Below, in pieces: positions 19,561-29,704 of a DNA stretch of 64,000 nucleotides. Each line of letters opens with the position of its first letter. Positions within the stretch are counted from its first letter, which is position 1. The DNA is from Bacteroidia bacterium (GTDB taxonomy: Bacteria > Bacteroidota > Bacteroidia > JAIBAJ01). A model generated the notes under the pieces. The model searched no databases. It was not told the origin of the DNA and saw nothing but the letters and a program-made list of their open reading frames with translations. The stretch lies in assembly GCA_019695265.1 (NCBI GenBank), contig JAIBAJ010000005.1, forward strand, positions 5,052 to 69,051, in the 5' to 3' direction. The position numbers were made by a program, and so were the translations under genes.

Positions 19561-22500
19561 ATGCAACGATTTGGAAAATCCTTCTTGCCCATTGGCCTAT
19601 TCGTTTTGGCAGTGGCACTTATTCTGGCTTTAAATGCCAATTCTATCTTTAATCCAACTTCCATTCGACACCTGTTTCCGGCAGTTGAAAATGAATTGAT
19701 TCGAACCTTGAGGGAAAAACTCAATCGTTTGAATCAAACTCATCCGGAAGACCGCCTTTACCTGCAAACAGATAAAACATTTTATAGTCCGGGCGAAACC
19801 ATCTGGTTCTCCGCCTTCCTTCGAAAAGGATCCGACTTTAGTGCTTCCGATAAAAGTGAAGTGATCCACCTTGAATTTTTAAACCCTGCAGGTGCAGTAG
19901 CAAAAAAACTGGATCTTATTGCTATCAACGGCCAAAGCCGTGGCGATTTGCTTATTGAAGAAGAACTACCCGGCGGCATCTATACCCTCAAAGCTTTTTC
20001 CAATTGGATGAAAAACGACTCCTCTTTTTTCGAAAAGAAAATTACGGTTCAGGAATTGGTTCTTCCTCGACTCAAAATGAAACTAGATTTCGAACGAGAA
20101 GGATTTGCCCCCGGCGAAGAAGTAGTTGCTAAACTTATCCTTGAATCCAACGAAAATAAAGCCCTGTCTAATCACTCCTTCCGGTTTAGCGTTTCGCTCG
20201 GTGGCAAAGAATTCATGAACAACCTATCCTCTACCGGAAACAATGGGGAAATGTTCATTCGCTTTCATTTGCCCGCTAAACTAAAAACCGGAGATGGTTT
20301 GCTCCTAGTCTCCCTCGACTACGAAGGCCAATCAGAAAGCATTAGCCGAAGCATACCTATTGTCCTGAACCAAGTAAAACTGGAACTATTTCCAGAAGGT
20401 GGTGACCTTATCCAAAACCTCGAAAGCCGTGTGGCCTTCCGGGCCAGAAACCATCGAGGAAAACCCACCGATATTAAAGGTAGGGTGGTTGACCAAAACG
20501 GTAAGGAAATCACCTCTTTCACCAGTTTTGCCAAAGGTTTGGGACATTTTAACCTTATTCCTGAACCCGGTAGAACTTATTTTGCCCAAATTACCTCGCC
20601 GGCATGCGATGACCGGGTAGAATTGCCTTCCGCTTTGTCTCAAGGTTTTGTTTTAAAAACCGGGGAGGCCCAAAACCTGGATCTTCCTATCCAAATCCTA
20701 AGTACCATTCCAACCAAAGCATCCCTCGTGGCTACCGTAAGAGGAAAAATATATTGGGCAACTGAAGTAGCTCTTGCCTCCGGAAACAACCAGGTTATCA
20801 TGCCCCTTGATCAATTCCCGATGGGGGTTGCTCAAATAACCTTGTTCGATGCAAATGGAATTGAACGTTGTGAACGCCTGGCCTTTGTTAACCGCGACAA
20901 ACAGCTTCGCCTGCATATACAAACCGATAAGGAAAAATACCTCCCCCGTGAAAAAGTGAAAATGACCATCTCCACTACCGACGCTAGTGGACTACCGGTT
21001 GCCTCCCAACTGGGTATATCGGTGGTAAACGACCAATTGCTCGCTTTCGCCGACGACAAACAACAGCATTTGCTGGCATCACTCTGCCTTCAATATGATA
21101 TTAAAGAACCCATTGAAGAGCCTAATTTCTTCTTCGATACCAAAGAATCAAAAAGCCTTCGTGCCTTGGATTACCTCCTTCTAACCAGCGGTTGGAGGCG
21201 ATTCTCGTGGAAAGAAATTAGAACTGAAACAGTTCCTCAATTTGGGTTTGAAGGGGAAAAAGCAGAAATCTATGGTAAAATCTTGGATGCTTATACCGGT
21301 AAACCCATTCAGGCCGCCTTTGTAAAACTGGTAGGAACTAAAACCACTACCCGAAGCGATGAAAATGGAACCTTCCGAATCAAAAAAGCCGATATCTCCT
21401 CCTTTAACCAGCTTGAAATACGAATGACTGATTACCAGGTGCTTACTGCAAACCTTACCCATCTGAACGACCAGGGTGTTTTGTACCTGAACTCAAATCG
21501 CCCTGTTGCTTTAATTAAAATGGTTGAAGCATGTGCTAATGTACCTATGGCTTTGGTAAAGCAGGATGAAGTAGATGCAGGTTTTGCAGATTTTAACTGG
21601 GATGTGGTAGAGGAAAAGCAATTAGCCAAAGTTCCAAATAAAGAAAGACAACCCGCCAGGGCTAAACCAGCACCTAAAAGAGCACAAGCCGATTCAATAA
21701 TTTTCCGAAAAGGGGATGCTCTGGCCAAAAATAAAGCTAAAAAGGAATTTCAAAACGAGGATATGAAGGACATGGGAAAATGGTTCTTACCGCAAGAGGA
21801 GCCACCTATTCCTCAACAACCGGAATCCCACTTTGTCAGGGCCCGCCAATTCCCGGTTTCCAAACCCGAACCGCTTCAACCATCCGATGTAAGAACCGAT
21901 TTCCGTTCCACCCTTTTCTTCGATGGTATGCTTGAAACCGACCGAAGCGGCAAAAAAACAATCGAATTCTATACCTCCGATGAAATCACTTCCTTCCGGA
22001 TTACCGCCGAAGGTATCGGCGAAAACGGATTGCCCGGACGAACCGAACAAACCTTATTCACCCAGCTACCTCTCAGCATTTCAGCCAAAATCCCCACTAG
22101 CTGCATCCTGGGCGATGTGGTAGCTATCCCGGTTACCATTAAAAACAATTCCAACACCGGCTTGTCAGGCAAACTCAGCATTTCTGCACCCAAAGGCTTT
22201 AACATAAAGCATGAACCGGCCCTGACGCAAACCCTTGACGCAAACCAAGCCAAAACAATTTACCTTAACTACGAAGTAAGCGGCACCGCACAAACCGATA
22301 GCATCCGAATCTCCTTCCACTCTGCCTCCCATAGCGACCAACTTTGCCAAGCCATAAAAACCGAAGCCAAAGGTTTCCCAATGAGCTTAGCTTTCTCCGG
22401 CAAACAACTGGAAGCTGAACACGAGTTCGCCCTCTCCAACATCGTTTCGGGTAGCTTGCAAGTAAACCTCACCGCCTTCCCTTCCGTTGTTTCTGACCTG

Positions 22501-23961
22501 ATGAAAGGGGTGGAAAGCATCCTCAACGAACCTTCCGGATGCTTCGAACAAACCAGTATGAGCAGCTACCCCAATGCCATGGTGCTCGATTACCTGAAAA
22601 CCATTGATTCCCACGACGAAAAAATCCTTCAACGTGCAAACCAATTGCTCGACCAAGGCTATAAACGCCTCATCAGCTTCGAAACCAAACAAAAAGGCTA
22701 CGAATGGTTTGGCTCCTCTCCCGGCCACGAAGCCCTTACCGCTTACGGACTTATGCAATTTAACGACATGAAAAATGTGTATGCCTCGGTCGATAACAGC
22801 ATGGTTGACCGTACTGCAAATTGGCTCCTGGCTAAACGCAACGGTAAAGGTGGTTTTATGCGCAATGCCCAGGCACTCGATCAATTTGGCGCCGCAGACC
22901 AGGATATTACCGACGCCTACATCGTGTACGCCCTGTCCGAAGCAGGCTTCGCCAACCAACTAAAACTCGAATACCAAAAAAATGTAGAACATGCCATCAC
23001 CTCCAAAGACCCTTACCTCATGGGTATGATGACCATGGCTGCCGTACAATCCAACGACCGTACCAATGCCGATAAACTCGCTAAATTGCTTGTTAACTCC
23101 CAGGAAAAAGACGGTAGCTGGAATGCAAAAAAACACAGCATCACCCGTAGCGGCGGATTAGGCCTGCGCATCGAAACTACTTCCCTAGCAATCATGGCAC
23201 TTCTCGCCTACGACCAAGGCTTCAACGGCGAAATAAACAAAGCCGTGGAGTTTCTTATCAATAACCGAAATGCCTACGGTGGTTACGGAAGCAGCCAGGC
23301 AACCATACTTTCTCTAAAAGCGCTTACCCAATACGCCAAATTCAATAAAAAAGCCGGCGAAGACGGTACCATCGAACTCTTTGCCGACGGCCGCAAAATC
23401 GCCGAACAAGCCTATACCAAAAATACCAAAGATCCTATCCAATTCAAAAATCTGGAAAAGGAAATTAAACAAGGTAAAACCAAGTTTAAAATCAAGTACA
23501 AAGGTGTAAAAAATGCCTTGCCATATTCTCTCGCAATTACCTACCACTCCTCGCTTCCGGCCAGTAGCGACCAATGTGTTATCGGTATCGAAACATCCCT
23601 CGATGCCAAACAAATTTCCATGGGGCAAACCTGTCGTATGCACATCGAGTTGAGTAATCTTACCAACCAGGGTCAACCCAGTACCATGGCTATTATTGGT
23701 CTGCCAGCCGGTTTGTCGGCTCAACCCTGGCAATTAAAAGAGCTGATGGAAAAGCAAAGCTTCGACTACTATGAAATAAAAGGAAATAAGCTGTTTTTAT
23801 ACTATCGCCAAATGAAACCTAACGAGTCAAAATCCTTTAACCTAGACCTAAAAACCGAATTTCCCGGCACATTTTTGGCCCCGGCTTCCTCGGCGTATTT
23901 GTACTACACACCCGAGTTCAAATGCTGGAAAGCCCTAACTCCCATCACCATCATTCAATAG
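19561..23961 (+). CDS. Bacterial alpha-2-macroglobulin family protein (large, N-terminally anchored)
   Basis: 1466 aa. N-terminal signal or anchor (LPIGLFVLAVALILALNA). SGCFEQTSMSSYPNAMVLDYL resembles the thioester region CxEQ (E. coli YfhM has CLEQ). MG-domain-like repeats. GC is about 48%, higher than the flanks. Confidence 0.8.
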   Translation: MQRFGKSFLPIGLFVLAVALILALNANSIFNPTSIRHLFPAVENELIRTLREKLNRLNQTHPEDRLYLQTDKTFYSPGETIWFSAFLRKGSDFSASDKSEVIHLEFLNPAGAVAKKLDLIAINGQSRGDLLIEEELPGGIYTLKAFSNWMKNDSSFFEKKITVQELVLPRLKMKLDFEREGFAPGEEVVAKLILESNENKALSNHSFRFSVSLGGKEFMNNLSSTGNNGEMFIRFHLPAKLKTGDGLLLVSLDYEGQSESISRSIPIVLNQVKLELFPEGGDLIQNLESRVAFRARNHRGKPTDIKGRVVDQNGKEITSFTSFAKGLGHFNLIPEPGRTYFAQITSPACDDRVELPSALSQGFVLKTGEAQNLDLPIQILSTIPTKASLVATVRGKIYWATEVALASGNNQVIMPLDQFPMGVAQITLFDANGIERCERLAFVNRDKQLRLHIQTDKEKYLPREKVKMTISTTDASGLPVASQLGISVVNDQLLAFADDKQQHLLASLCLQYDIKEPIEEPNFFFDTKESKSLRALDYLLLTSGWRRFSWKEIRTETVPQFGFEGEKAEIYGKILDAYTGKPIQAAFVKLVGTKTTTRSDENGTFRIKKADISSFNQLEIRMTDYQVLTANLTHLNDQGVLYLNSNRPVALIKMVEACANVPMALVKQDEVDAGFADFNWDVVEEKQLAKVPNKERQPARAKPAPKRAQADSIIFRKGDALAKNKAKKEFQNEDMKDMGKWFLPQEEPPIPQQPESHFVRARQFPVSKPEPLQPSDVRTDFRSTLFFDGMLETDRSGKKTIEFYTSDEITSFRITAEGIGENGLPGRTEQTLFTQLPLSISAKIPTSCILGDVVAIPVTIKNNSNTGLSGKLSISAPKGFNIKHEPALTQTLDANQAKTIYLNYEVSGTAQTDSIRISFHSASHSDQLCQAIKTEAKGFPMSLAFSGKQLEAEHEFALSNIVSGSLQVNLTAFPSVVSDLMKGVESILNEPSGCFEQTSMSSYPNAMVLDYLKTIDSHDEKILQRANQLLDQGYKRLISFETKQKGYEWFGSSPGHEALTAYGLMQFNDMKNVYASVDNSMVDRTANWLLAKRNGKGGFMRNAQALDQFGAADQDITDAYIVYALSEAGFANQLKLEYQKNVEHAITSKDPYLMGMMTMAAVQSNDRTNADKLAKLLVNSQEKDGSWNAKKHSITRSGGLGLRIETTSLAIMALLAYDQGFNGEINKAVEFLINNRNAYGGYGSSQATILSLKALTQYAKFNKKAGEDGTIELFADGRKIAEQAYTKNTKDPIQFKNLEKEIKQGKTKFKIKYKGVKNALPYSLAITYHSSLPASSDQCVIGIETSLDAKQISMGQTCRMHIELSNLTNQGQPSTMAIIGLPAGLSAQPWQLKELMEKQSFDYYEIKGNKLFLYYRQMKPNESKSFNLDLKTEFPGTFLAPASSAYLYYTPEFKCWKALTPITIIQ

Positions 23962-23980
23962 CTGTCGTGCGGTTGGTAAA

Positions 23981-24020
23981 GGGGGCATTCGAAAGGATGT
24001 TCCCCTTTTTTGTTTTTTGA
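23981..24020 (+). terminator. Putative intrinsic terminator after the A2M gene
   Basis: GGGGGCA ttcgaaagga TGTTCCCC followed by TTTTTTGTTTTTTG. Confidence 0.5.
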
Positions 24021-24261
24021 AAACAATCGTTCATCCCCTGAAGAATCTCCTGCCCCGTTATCGCCCATAGTTTGCCGTAAAGGTGAATTGGTATTTCATT
24101 TTTTTATGGGTCGGCAAAGCTATTTGGCTCTACCGGGTTTAGCTTAATTTCTGTTTGCTTTCAAATAATCGGCATCAATTGCAGTCCCAGCCCTAGCTTC
24201 TTTTTCCCAATTCTTGCTAATTCTGTTTCCCGATTTAAAAAAAACTGGAATTTAGCCCCAA

Positions 24262-24762
24262 GTGTATGCTCGCTTTTCCATGGAAGAATTACTCCTAACC
24301 CAAACCGATAAAGAAAGCCGTTACCGGGAACTTTTACCCCAAATACAACACCTAATTGAGCCCGAAACCAACCTGGTGGCTAACCTAGCCAATGTGGCAG
24401 CAGCTCTTCACCAAGCTTTTCCTAATTGGTGGACCGGTTGGTACCTGGTTCACGATAACCAATTGGTGCTAGGACCCTTTCAAGGGCCAATTGCTTGCAC
24501 CCGAATTAATTTCGGAAAAGGTGTTTGCGGCTCTGCCTGGAAACGTGGCGAAACCATCCTGGTTCCCAATGTAGATGAATTCCCCGGCCACATTGCTTGT
24601 AGCAGCTTGAGCAAATCGGAAATAGTGGTTCCTGTTTTTAAAAACAACCGGGTGGTTGCTGTGCTGGATGTTGACAGTGCCGAACTAGCTGCCTACGACC
24701 ACATCGACGCCCTTTGGCTCGAAAAAATAGGCGAGCTAATAGCATCCAAATTTCCGGAATGA
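24262..24762 (+). CDS. msrC: Free methionine-(R)-sulfoxide reductase (GAF-domain, YebR/MsrC family)
   Basis: [37 protein letters not shown]...[21 protein letters not shown] aligns with E. coli YebR ([34 protein letters not shown]...HIACDAASNSEIVLPL) including the three Cys residues. Confidence 0.8.
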   Translation: [166 protein letters not shown]

Positions 24763-25703
24763 GAAACAGCATAAGCATTTTTCTTAGGCTAAGGTTTAAA
24801 CAAGGCCTCCGCGAATTGCAAGCCACCGGAGGCTTGGGAATAATCTTAGCTTTGGTTTTAACCCTTGGTGGATTTTATTGGTACACTCAAAAATTACAAG
24901 AGGCCTGGCATTATGCCCTACTTCCGGGCTTAATATTGCTTTCCTTGCATTTTTCTCGTTCCGACCACCGCTTTCTTCAAATCAATTTTCATCCATTCAA
25001 ATGTAAAATTTTACTTGCGGAATACCTCTTACTTTCACTACCGTTTGCCATAATTAACTTGGTTTATTACCTACCCGGGGCGTTAATTTTGCTTGTCTTA
25101 GCCGGTTTACTCCCTTTTATACCGCCACTCCCCAACCTTCGCACCCGATTTCACTTGCCCGGTATGCAATGGGTTCCAAATGCCTTTTTCGAATGGAAAT
25201 CCGGATTAAGGCAAAACCCCATTTCTTGGTTATTGGTTTTGGTCGTACCCTTTCTGATGGTGGTACATCCTGCCTTTCCTATACTTGCCTGGGTTCTGGA
25301 ACTATTAATCCTTACCTCCTTGTACAAAGAATGTGAAGATTGGCGCATGGTTCAACTGGACTATCAAAGTCCTTCCGCCTTGGTTTTTAAAAAATTCCTG
25401 CTTCATTTCTCCACTATTCTGGTTGTAAACCTTCCTTCCTTGCTTTTGTTTTCAATCCTTAACTCCGAGTATTACTGGGTTAGTTTAGTATTTACGGCCT
25501 TGTTGGCCTTTAACCTGTTTTATGGCTTGGTTTGCAAGTATGCCTTTTATCAACCCAATCGGGTGCAATCGCCTAATCAAATTTGGGTAAGCATCGGATT
25601 AATTTCCCTTTTGTTTCCACCGTTTTTGCCTTTACCTTTTATCATGTCCATTCGGTTCTACCGAAAAACCCTTTCCAACCTACAAATCTATTTCGATGCT
25701 TAG
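24759..25703 (+). CDS. Polytopic membrane protein, probable permease partner of the downstream ABC ATPase
   Basis: About 315 aa with at least 7 hydrophobic helices. Start moved to the internal Met (MRNSIS), giving an ATGA overlap with msrC. Its 3' end overlaps the ABC ATPase start. No recognisable family motif. Confidence 0.4.
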   Translation: MRNSISIFLRLRFKQGLRELQATGGLGIILALVLTLGGFYWYTQKLQEAWHYALLPGLILLSLHFSRSDHRFLQINFHPFKCKILLAEYLLLSLPFAIINLVYYLPGALILLVLAGLLPFIPPLPNLRTRFHLPGMQWVPNAFFEWKSGLRQNPISWLLVLVVPFLMVVHPAFPILAWVLELLILTSLYKECEDWRMVQLDYQSPSALVFKKFLLHFSTILVVNLPSLLLFSILNSEYYWVSLVFTALLAFNLFYGLVCKYAFYQPNRVQSPNQIWVSIGLISLLFPPFLPLPFIMSIRFYRKTLSNLQIYFDA

Positions 25704-26400
25704 TGTGCAATCTTTACAGTTTGCTTATGGCGAACATACAGTATTAAAAGGCATTAACCTGGAATTAGAAACCGGGAAAATTCATGGAATTGCCGGATTA
25801 AACGGAAGTGGAAAAACAACCCTCCTTCAGTTAATTTACGGCTTACTTACACCCGATTCGGGAGAGGTTCAATTTCAAGGCCAACCGGTATCAAAAAACA
25901 TCACCTCCTTTTTAGAAGCATCCAACTACTTCTACCACCGCCTAACCACCCGCGAAACCTTGGAATTATTTGCCATAGGAAATACAGGATTTGATGCAGC
26001 ACCATGGTTAAACCTGTTTTCTTTAACCGGCGAAGAATTTACCGAAGACCTTTCCACCGGGATGCGCAAAAAACTAGCTATTTTAGCGGTACTAGCCCAA
26101 CACAAAACCTTGCTGCTTTTAGATGAACCCTTCAATGGTTTAGATTTGGAAAGCGTTATGGTATTTAATCTGATTTTGGGCGAATTGCGCAAACAAGGAA
26201 AAACCATCCTAATTACTTCCCACATTTTAGACACCCTTATTGACAATTGCGATACCATCCATACCTGTTCAGATGGGGTTATTCTGCAATCGTATACACC
26301 GGAAGAATACGGCAAAATGAAGCAAGATTTTATAACCCAGGTTCAGGGTCAGGTAAAACACGACTTGGAAATTGTTTTTGGATCCGGAGCAGGCCGGTAG
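25696..26400 (+). CDS. ABC transporter ATP-binding protein
   Basis: Walker A GLNGSGKTTLLQ, degenerate signature LSTGMRKK, Walker B LLLLDEPFNGLD. Confidence 0.85.
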   Translation: MLSVQSLQFAYGEHTVLKGINLELETGKIHGIAGLNGSGKTTLLQLIYGLLTPDSGEVQFQGQPVSKNITSFLEASNYFYHRLTTRETLELFAIGNTGFDAAPWLNLFSLTGEEFTEDLSTGMRKKLAILAVLAQHKTLLLLDEPFNGLDLESVMVFNLILGELRKQGKTILITSHILDTLIDNCDTIHTCSDGVILQSYTPEEYGKMKQDFITQVQGQVKHDLEIVFGSGAGR

Positions 26401-26569
26401 CTATACATTATTATACAGCAAAAAAAGGAAGCCTTGCACCAATAGGATTCAAATAATTGCTTAAATAACTAATAATGGATAGATTGGGTGTATTTCGGCA
26501 GACCCTACTTAGTTGAAAAATCGCCTTGGCCTTTCGTTGCAAAGGAGACATTCGGTAAAAAAATAAAGA

Positions 26570-27223
26570 TCAAAATAGTCCGAGGTGTTTCACTTTTTCA
26601 AGAATATCCGGTGGCAACAGATGAGCTTCGGCCTGAGGATGAACCATATACCATTTATTAGAAACCACTTCCAGGCATTTAAAACGTTTGCGCATCAGGG
26701 CCCCTTTTCGAAAAATTCTGGGTGGCATTCCGAACAATTCCCCTTGGTTGACCATTTCAACGGTGCGAACAATTTTGGCATCATACCGCATCAAAACGGC
26801 ATGCAGGGTATCGTCGTTGCAACTGCTTGCGCTCGGATTCTGGAGATAAAGTTGAAAGGCTTGCAACACATCGTCGGGGAAAATTTCGGTGTTAAGGAAA
26901 GGTTTTGACACCTCGGCGAAGGCTTTTTTCCACTGTTCTCCATGAGGTAAAACCTTGTTTTTGTGTTTTTCCCAGGTAAGGAGGTGTGCAATTTCGTGCA
27001 AAAGTGTAATTAAAAATTGGTAGGAATTTAGATTGCCATTTACTGAAATTCGGTGGTAATTTGCTTTGCCAAAAGGCGAACGGTAATCGCCATATTTAGT
27101 GGTTCGCGGATTAGTAATTAGCAGACTGAAGCCATGTTTCTCTTGCAGGAGGATAATCAAGTCCAATGCGGGTTCTGGAACATGTTTTATTAATATTTTC
27201 CGACTGTTTTCTTTCCAATCCAT
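26570..27223 (-). CDS. SprT-like zinc metallopeptidase domain protein
   Basis: HEIAHLLTWEKH contains an HExxH motif in an SprT-like context, followed by a Cys/His-poor C-terminus. 217 aa. Confidence 0.6.
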   Translation of the reverse strand: MDWKENSRKILIKHVPEPALDLIILLQEKHGFSLLITNPRTTKYGDYRSPFGKANYHRISVNGNLNSYQFLITLLHEIAHLLTWEKHKNKVLPHGEQWKKAFAEVSKPFLNTEIFPDDVLQAFQLYLQNPSASSCNDDTLHAVLMRYDAKIVRTVEMVNQGELFGMPPRIFRKGALMRKRFKCLEVVSNKWYMVHPQAEAHLLPPDILEKVKHLGLF

Positions 27224-27436
27224 GGAGGTAAATCAACAAAGTTAGGTTCCACAAAATAAATGCAACAAAGTGGCGTTTACCACAGCGATGAGGACGGGCA
27301 AAATTCATAAAATTGTATTAGAAATGAAATTTTTCCATGTGAAATTTTTCCACAAACTCCGATACATTGAAAGGAAATTGTATTATTGCCGTCCTTTTTT
27401 AAATCTGCTTTAACTTTAATCTAAATTTTAAAAAAA

Positions 27437-28264
27437 ATGGCTAACGCTGCAACTCCACAAAAGAAAGGTTCATTCAGCTCAATTTTTTCAACGCTGGTTA
27501 TTCCTTTGGCTGTATTAACAGGTATTTTAATTTACATGTTTGTGATGGGAAATCCGTCCAACTTTGAGGACAATGATCCTACTAAACATCCGGTTCCAGA
27601 TGGAGTTGGTCACGTTTTGGGATTGATTTACAAAGGTGGTACCATCGTACCGATTTTGTTATCTTTGATTTTGATGAACATAACTTTTTCTATTGAGCGT
27701 TTTATTGCGATTGCTTTAGCGGGAGGTAAACAATCATCTGAAGCATTTGTACACAAAGTAAAATCTTTGTTACACGGTGGACAAATTGATCAAGCCATTG
27801 CTGCATGTGATTTGCAAAAAGGTTCTTTGGCCAATGTTATTAAATCCAGCTTGCTTCGTTACAAAGAAGTAGAGAAAGATACCACCATGGACAAAGAGCA
27901 AAAAGTAACGGCTATTAAGCAAGAGGTTGAAGAAGCAACTTCATTGGAATTGCCGGGATTAGAGAAAAACTTAAGCATCATTGCTACGATGGCATCGGTA
28001 TCAACTCTTATCGCTCTTTTGGGAACGGTATTAGGTATGATTCGTGCGTTCTCGGCTCTGGCAACTGCAGGTTCTCCTGACTCAGTAGCTCTTGCAAATG
28101 GTATCTCTGAGGCCCTTATCAATACGGCTCTTGGTATTGCCAATTCGGCTGTAGCGATTATTATGTACAACGTATTTACCAGTAAAATCGACGTTATTAC
28201 TTATACCATCGACGAGGCAGGTTTCAGCATTGTACAAACATTTGAAGCTTCGCACAACAAGTAA
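27437..28264 (+). CDS. exbB: MotA/TolQ/ExbB proton-channel protein
   Basis: 275 aa. N-terminal TM plus C-terminal helices LIALLGTVLGMIRAF and LGIANSAVAIIMYNVF, typical of ExbB. First gene of the exbB-exbD-exbD-tonB cluster. Confidence 0.9.
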   Translation: MANAATPQKKGSFSSIFSTLVIPLAVLTGILIYMFVMGNPSNFEDNDPTKHPVPDGVGHVLGLIYKGGTIVPILLSLILMNITFSIERFIAIALAGGKQSSEAFVHKVKSLLHGGQIDQAIAACDLQKGSLANVIKSSLLRYKEVEKDTTMDKEQKVTAIKQEVEEATSLELPGLEKNLSIIATMASVSTLIALLGTVLGMIRAFSALATAGSPDSVALANGISEALINTALGIANSAVAIIMYNVFTSKIDVITYTIDEAGFSIVQTFEASHNK

Positions 28265-28271
28265 TTGTTTA

Positions 28272-28304
28272 CCGGCCATCCGCAGCGGTGGCCGGCCATT
28301 TTTC
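28272..28304 (+). terminator. Possible attenuator or terminator hairpin between exbB and exbD
   Basis: CCGGCCA tccgcagcgg TGGCCGG followed by CCATTTTT. Confidence 0.35.
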
Positions 28305-28354
28305 CAATTAATTACTTATAAACCTTTGAAGAAAGGGTTTTAAACCAAGCAAAA

Positions 28355-28975
28355 ATGCCAAAAGTAAAAGTACCTCGTAAGAGCACTTCGGTGGACATGA
28401 CAGCGATGACGGACGTAGCGTTCCTGCTATTGACCTTCTTCATGTTGGCCACCAAGTTTAAGCCCGACGAGCCCATCATTGTGGATACCCCATCTTCAGT
28501 CTCCGAAATCGTACTTCCTGAACAGGATGTAATGATACTTTCGGTAGATGGAAATGGTAGGGTATTCTTTGGGATCGACGGACAATACAACCGGGAAGGA
28601 CTTATCCAAAAAATGGCAGCACAACGCGGAGTAAGTTTTACTCCGGAGGAAATTAAACAGTTTTCTCTTGTGGACCAATTTGGAGTTCCATTTAATCAGC
28701 TAAAACAATACTTGGCTTTGAATGCCGATCAACGTTCTAAATTCAATAAAACTAGTCCGGGTATCCCAATGGATTCCCTTAACAATGAATTGGGCGATTG
28801 GATTTGGCAAGCCAGGTTAACCAATAACAATATCCGTGTAGCAATTAAAGGCGATATGGACACCCAATATCCTGTTATCAAACGCATCATTGAAGTAGTG
28901 CAGGATAAGAAAGTGAACCGTTTCAACTTTATTACCAGCATGGAAGCTGATCCACGTAAAACCGGAAGCGAATAA
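28355..28975 (+). CDS. exbD: Biopolymer transport protein ExbD/TolR
   Basis: MTAMTDVAFLLLTFFMLATKF is the ExbD N-terminal TM signature. 206 aa. Confidence 0.85.
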   Translation: MPKVKVPRKSTSVDMTAMTDVAFLLLTFFMLATKFKPDEPIIVDTPSSVSEIVLPEQDVMILSVDGNGRVFFGIDGQYNREGLIQKMAAQRGVSFTPEEIKQFSLVDQFGVPFNQLKQYLALNADQRSKFNKTSPGIPMDSLNNELGDWIWQARLTNNNIRVAIKGDMDTQYPVIKRIIEVVQDKKVNRFNFITSMEADPRKTGSE

Positions 28976-29069
28976 AATTTTAGAGATTTTGTTACGTTGA
29001 TTTATGGAAATCAATTTCAACAAGCATCTCAAGTAAAAATAGTTTAATAACATTTAAAATCTAAATCCC

Positions 29070-29699
29070 ATGGCAGAAATAGACGGCGGCGGCGGTGGTC
29101 ACAAGAAAGGTGGCAAACCCCGTGGCAAGAAAATGAGCACCCGGGTGGACTTTACGCCCATGGTGGACCTTGGATTTCTTCTGATTACGTTTTTTATGCT
29201 TACCACTTCCATGAGTAAGCCTAAAACAATGGAGATTAACATGCCGGTAAAACCGGATAAACCATTGACAGAAGAAGAAACAACCAAATTTCCAAAAGAT
29301 AGGGCCTTAACCTTGATTCTTGGTCCCCAAGGAAATATTTTCTATTATTCCGGTTTACCTGATAATCTTACCTTTGAAACAACCAACTTTGGAAAAGATG
29401 GAATCCGTAAGGTTCTATTGGAAAAGAACAGAAAGATTCATGATGCTTGTACAACCTTGAGGAAAGATTTCCAGGAAGGTAAAATCAATGAAGAGGAATA
29501 CAAAAAAGGTATCAAAGAAGCAAAAGGTGATAAATCCGGTCCACTGGTTTTAATTAAACCTTCCGATAAATCGATTTACAAAAACATGATTGACATTCTC
29601 GATGAAATGCAGATCTGTGATATTGGGGTTTTTGCAGTGGTTGAGTTAAATGATATTGAAAAACAAGCTGTTGATGCAGCAGTACCAACTCAAAATTAA
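29070..29699 (+). CDS. exbD: Biopolymer transport protein ExbD/TolR (second paralog)
   Basis: FTPMVDLGFLLITFFMLTTSM, preceded by a Gly/Lys-rich N-terminus. 209 aa. Confidence 0.85.
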   Translation: MAEIDGGGGGHKKGGKPRGKKMSTRVDFTPMVDLGFLLITFFMLTTSMSKPKTMEINMPVKPDKPLTEEETTKFPKDRALTLILGPQGNIFYYSGLPDNLTFETTNFGKDGIRKVLLEKNRKIHDACTTLRKDFQEGKINEEEYKKGIKEAKGDKSGPLVLIKPSDKSIYKNMIDILDEMQICDIGVFAVVELNDIEKQAVDAAVPTQN

Positions 29700-29704
29700 G
29701 CACC

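Noticed and set aside
19630-23733. Many 60-190 aa ORFs on the minus strand inside the A2M gene (for example 22387-22959, 190 aa)
   Set aside because: They are antisense to a long, well-supported CDS of higher GC. They are Ala/Gly/Val-rich junk translations without start context, typical shadow ORFs.
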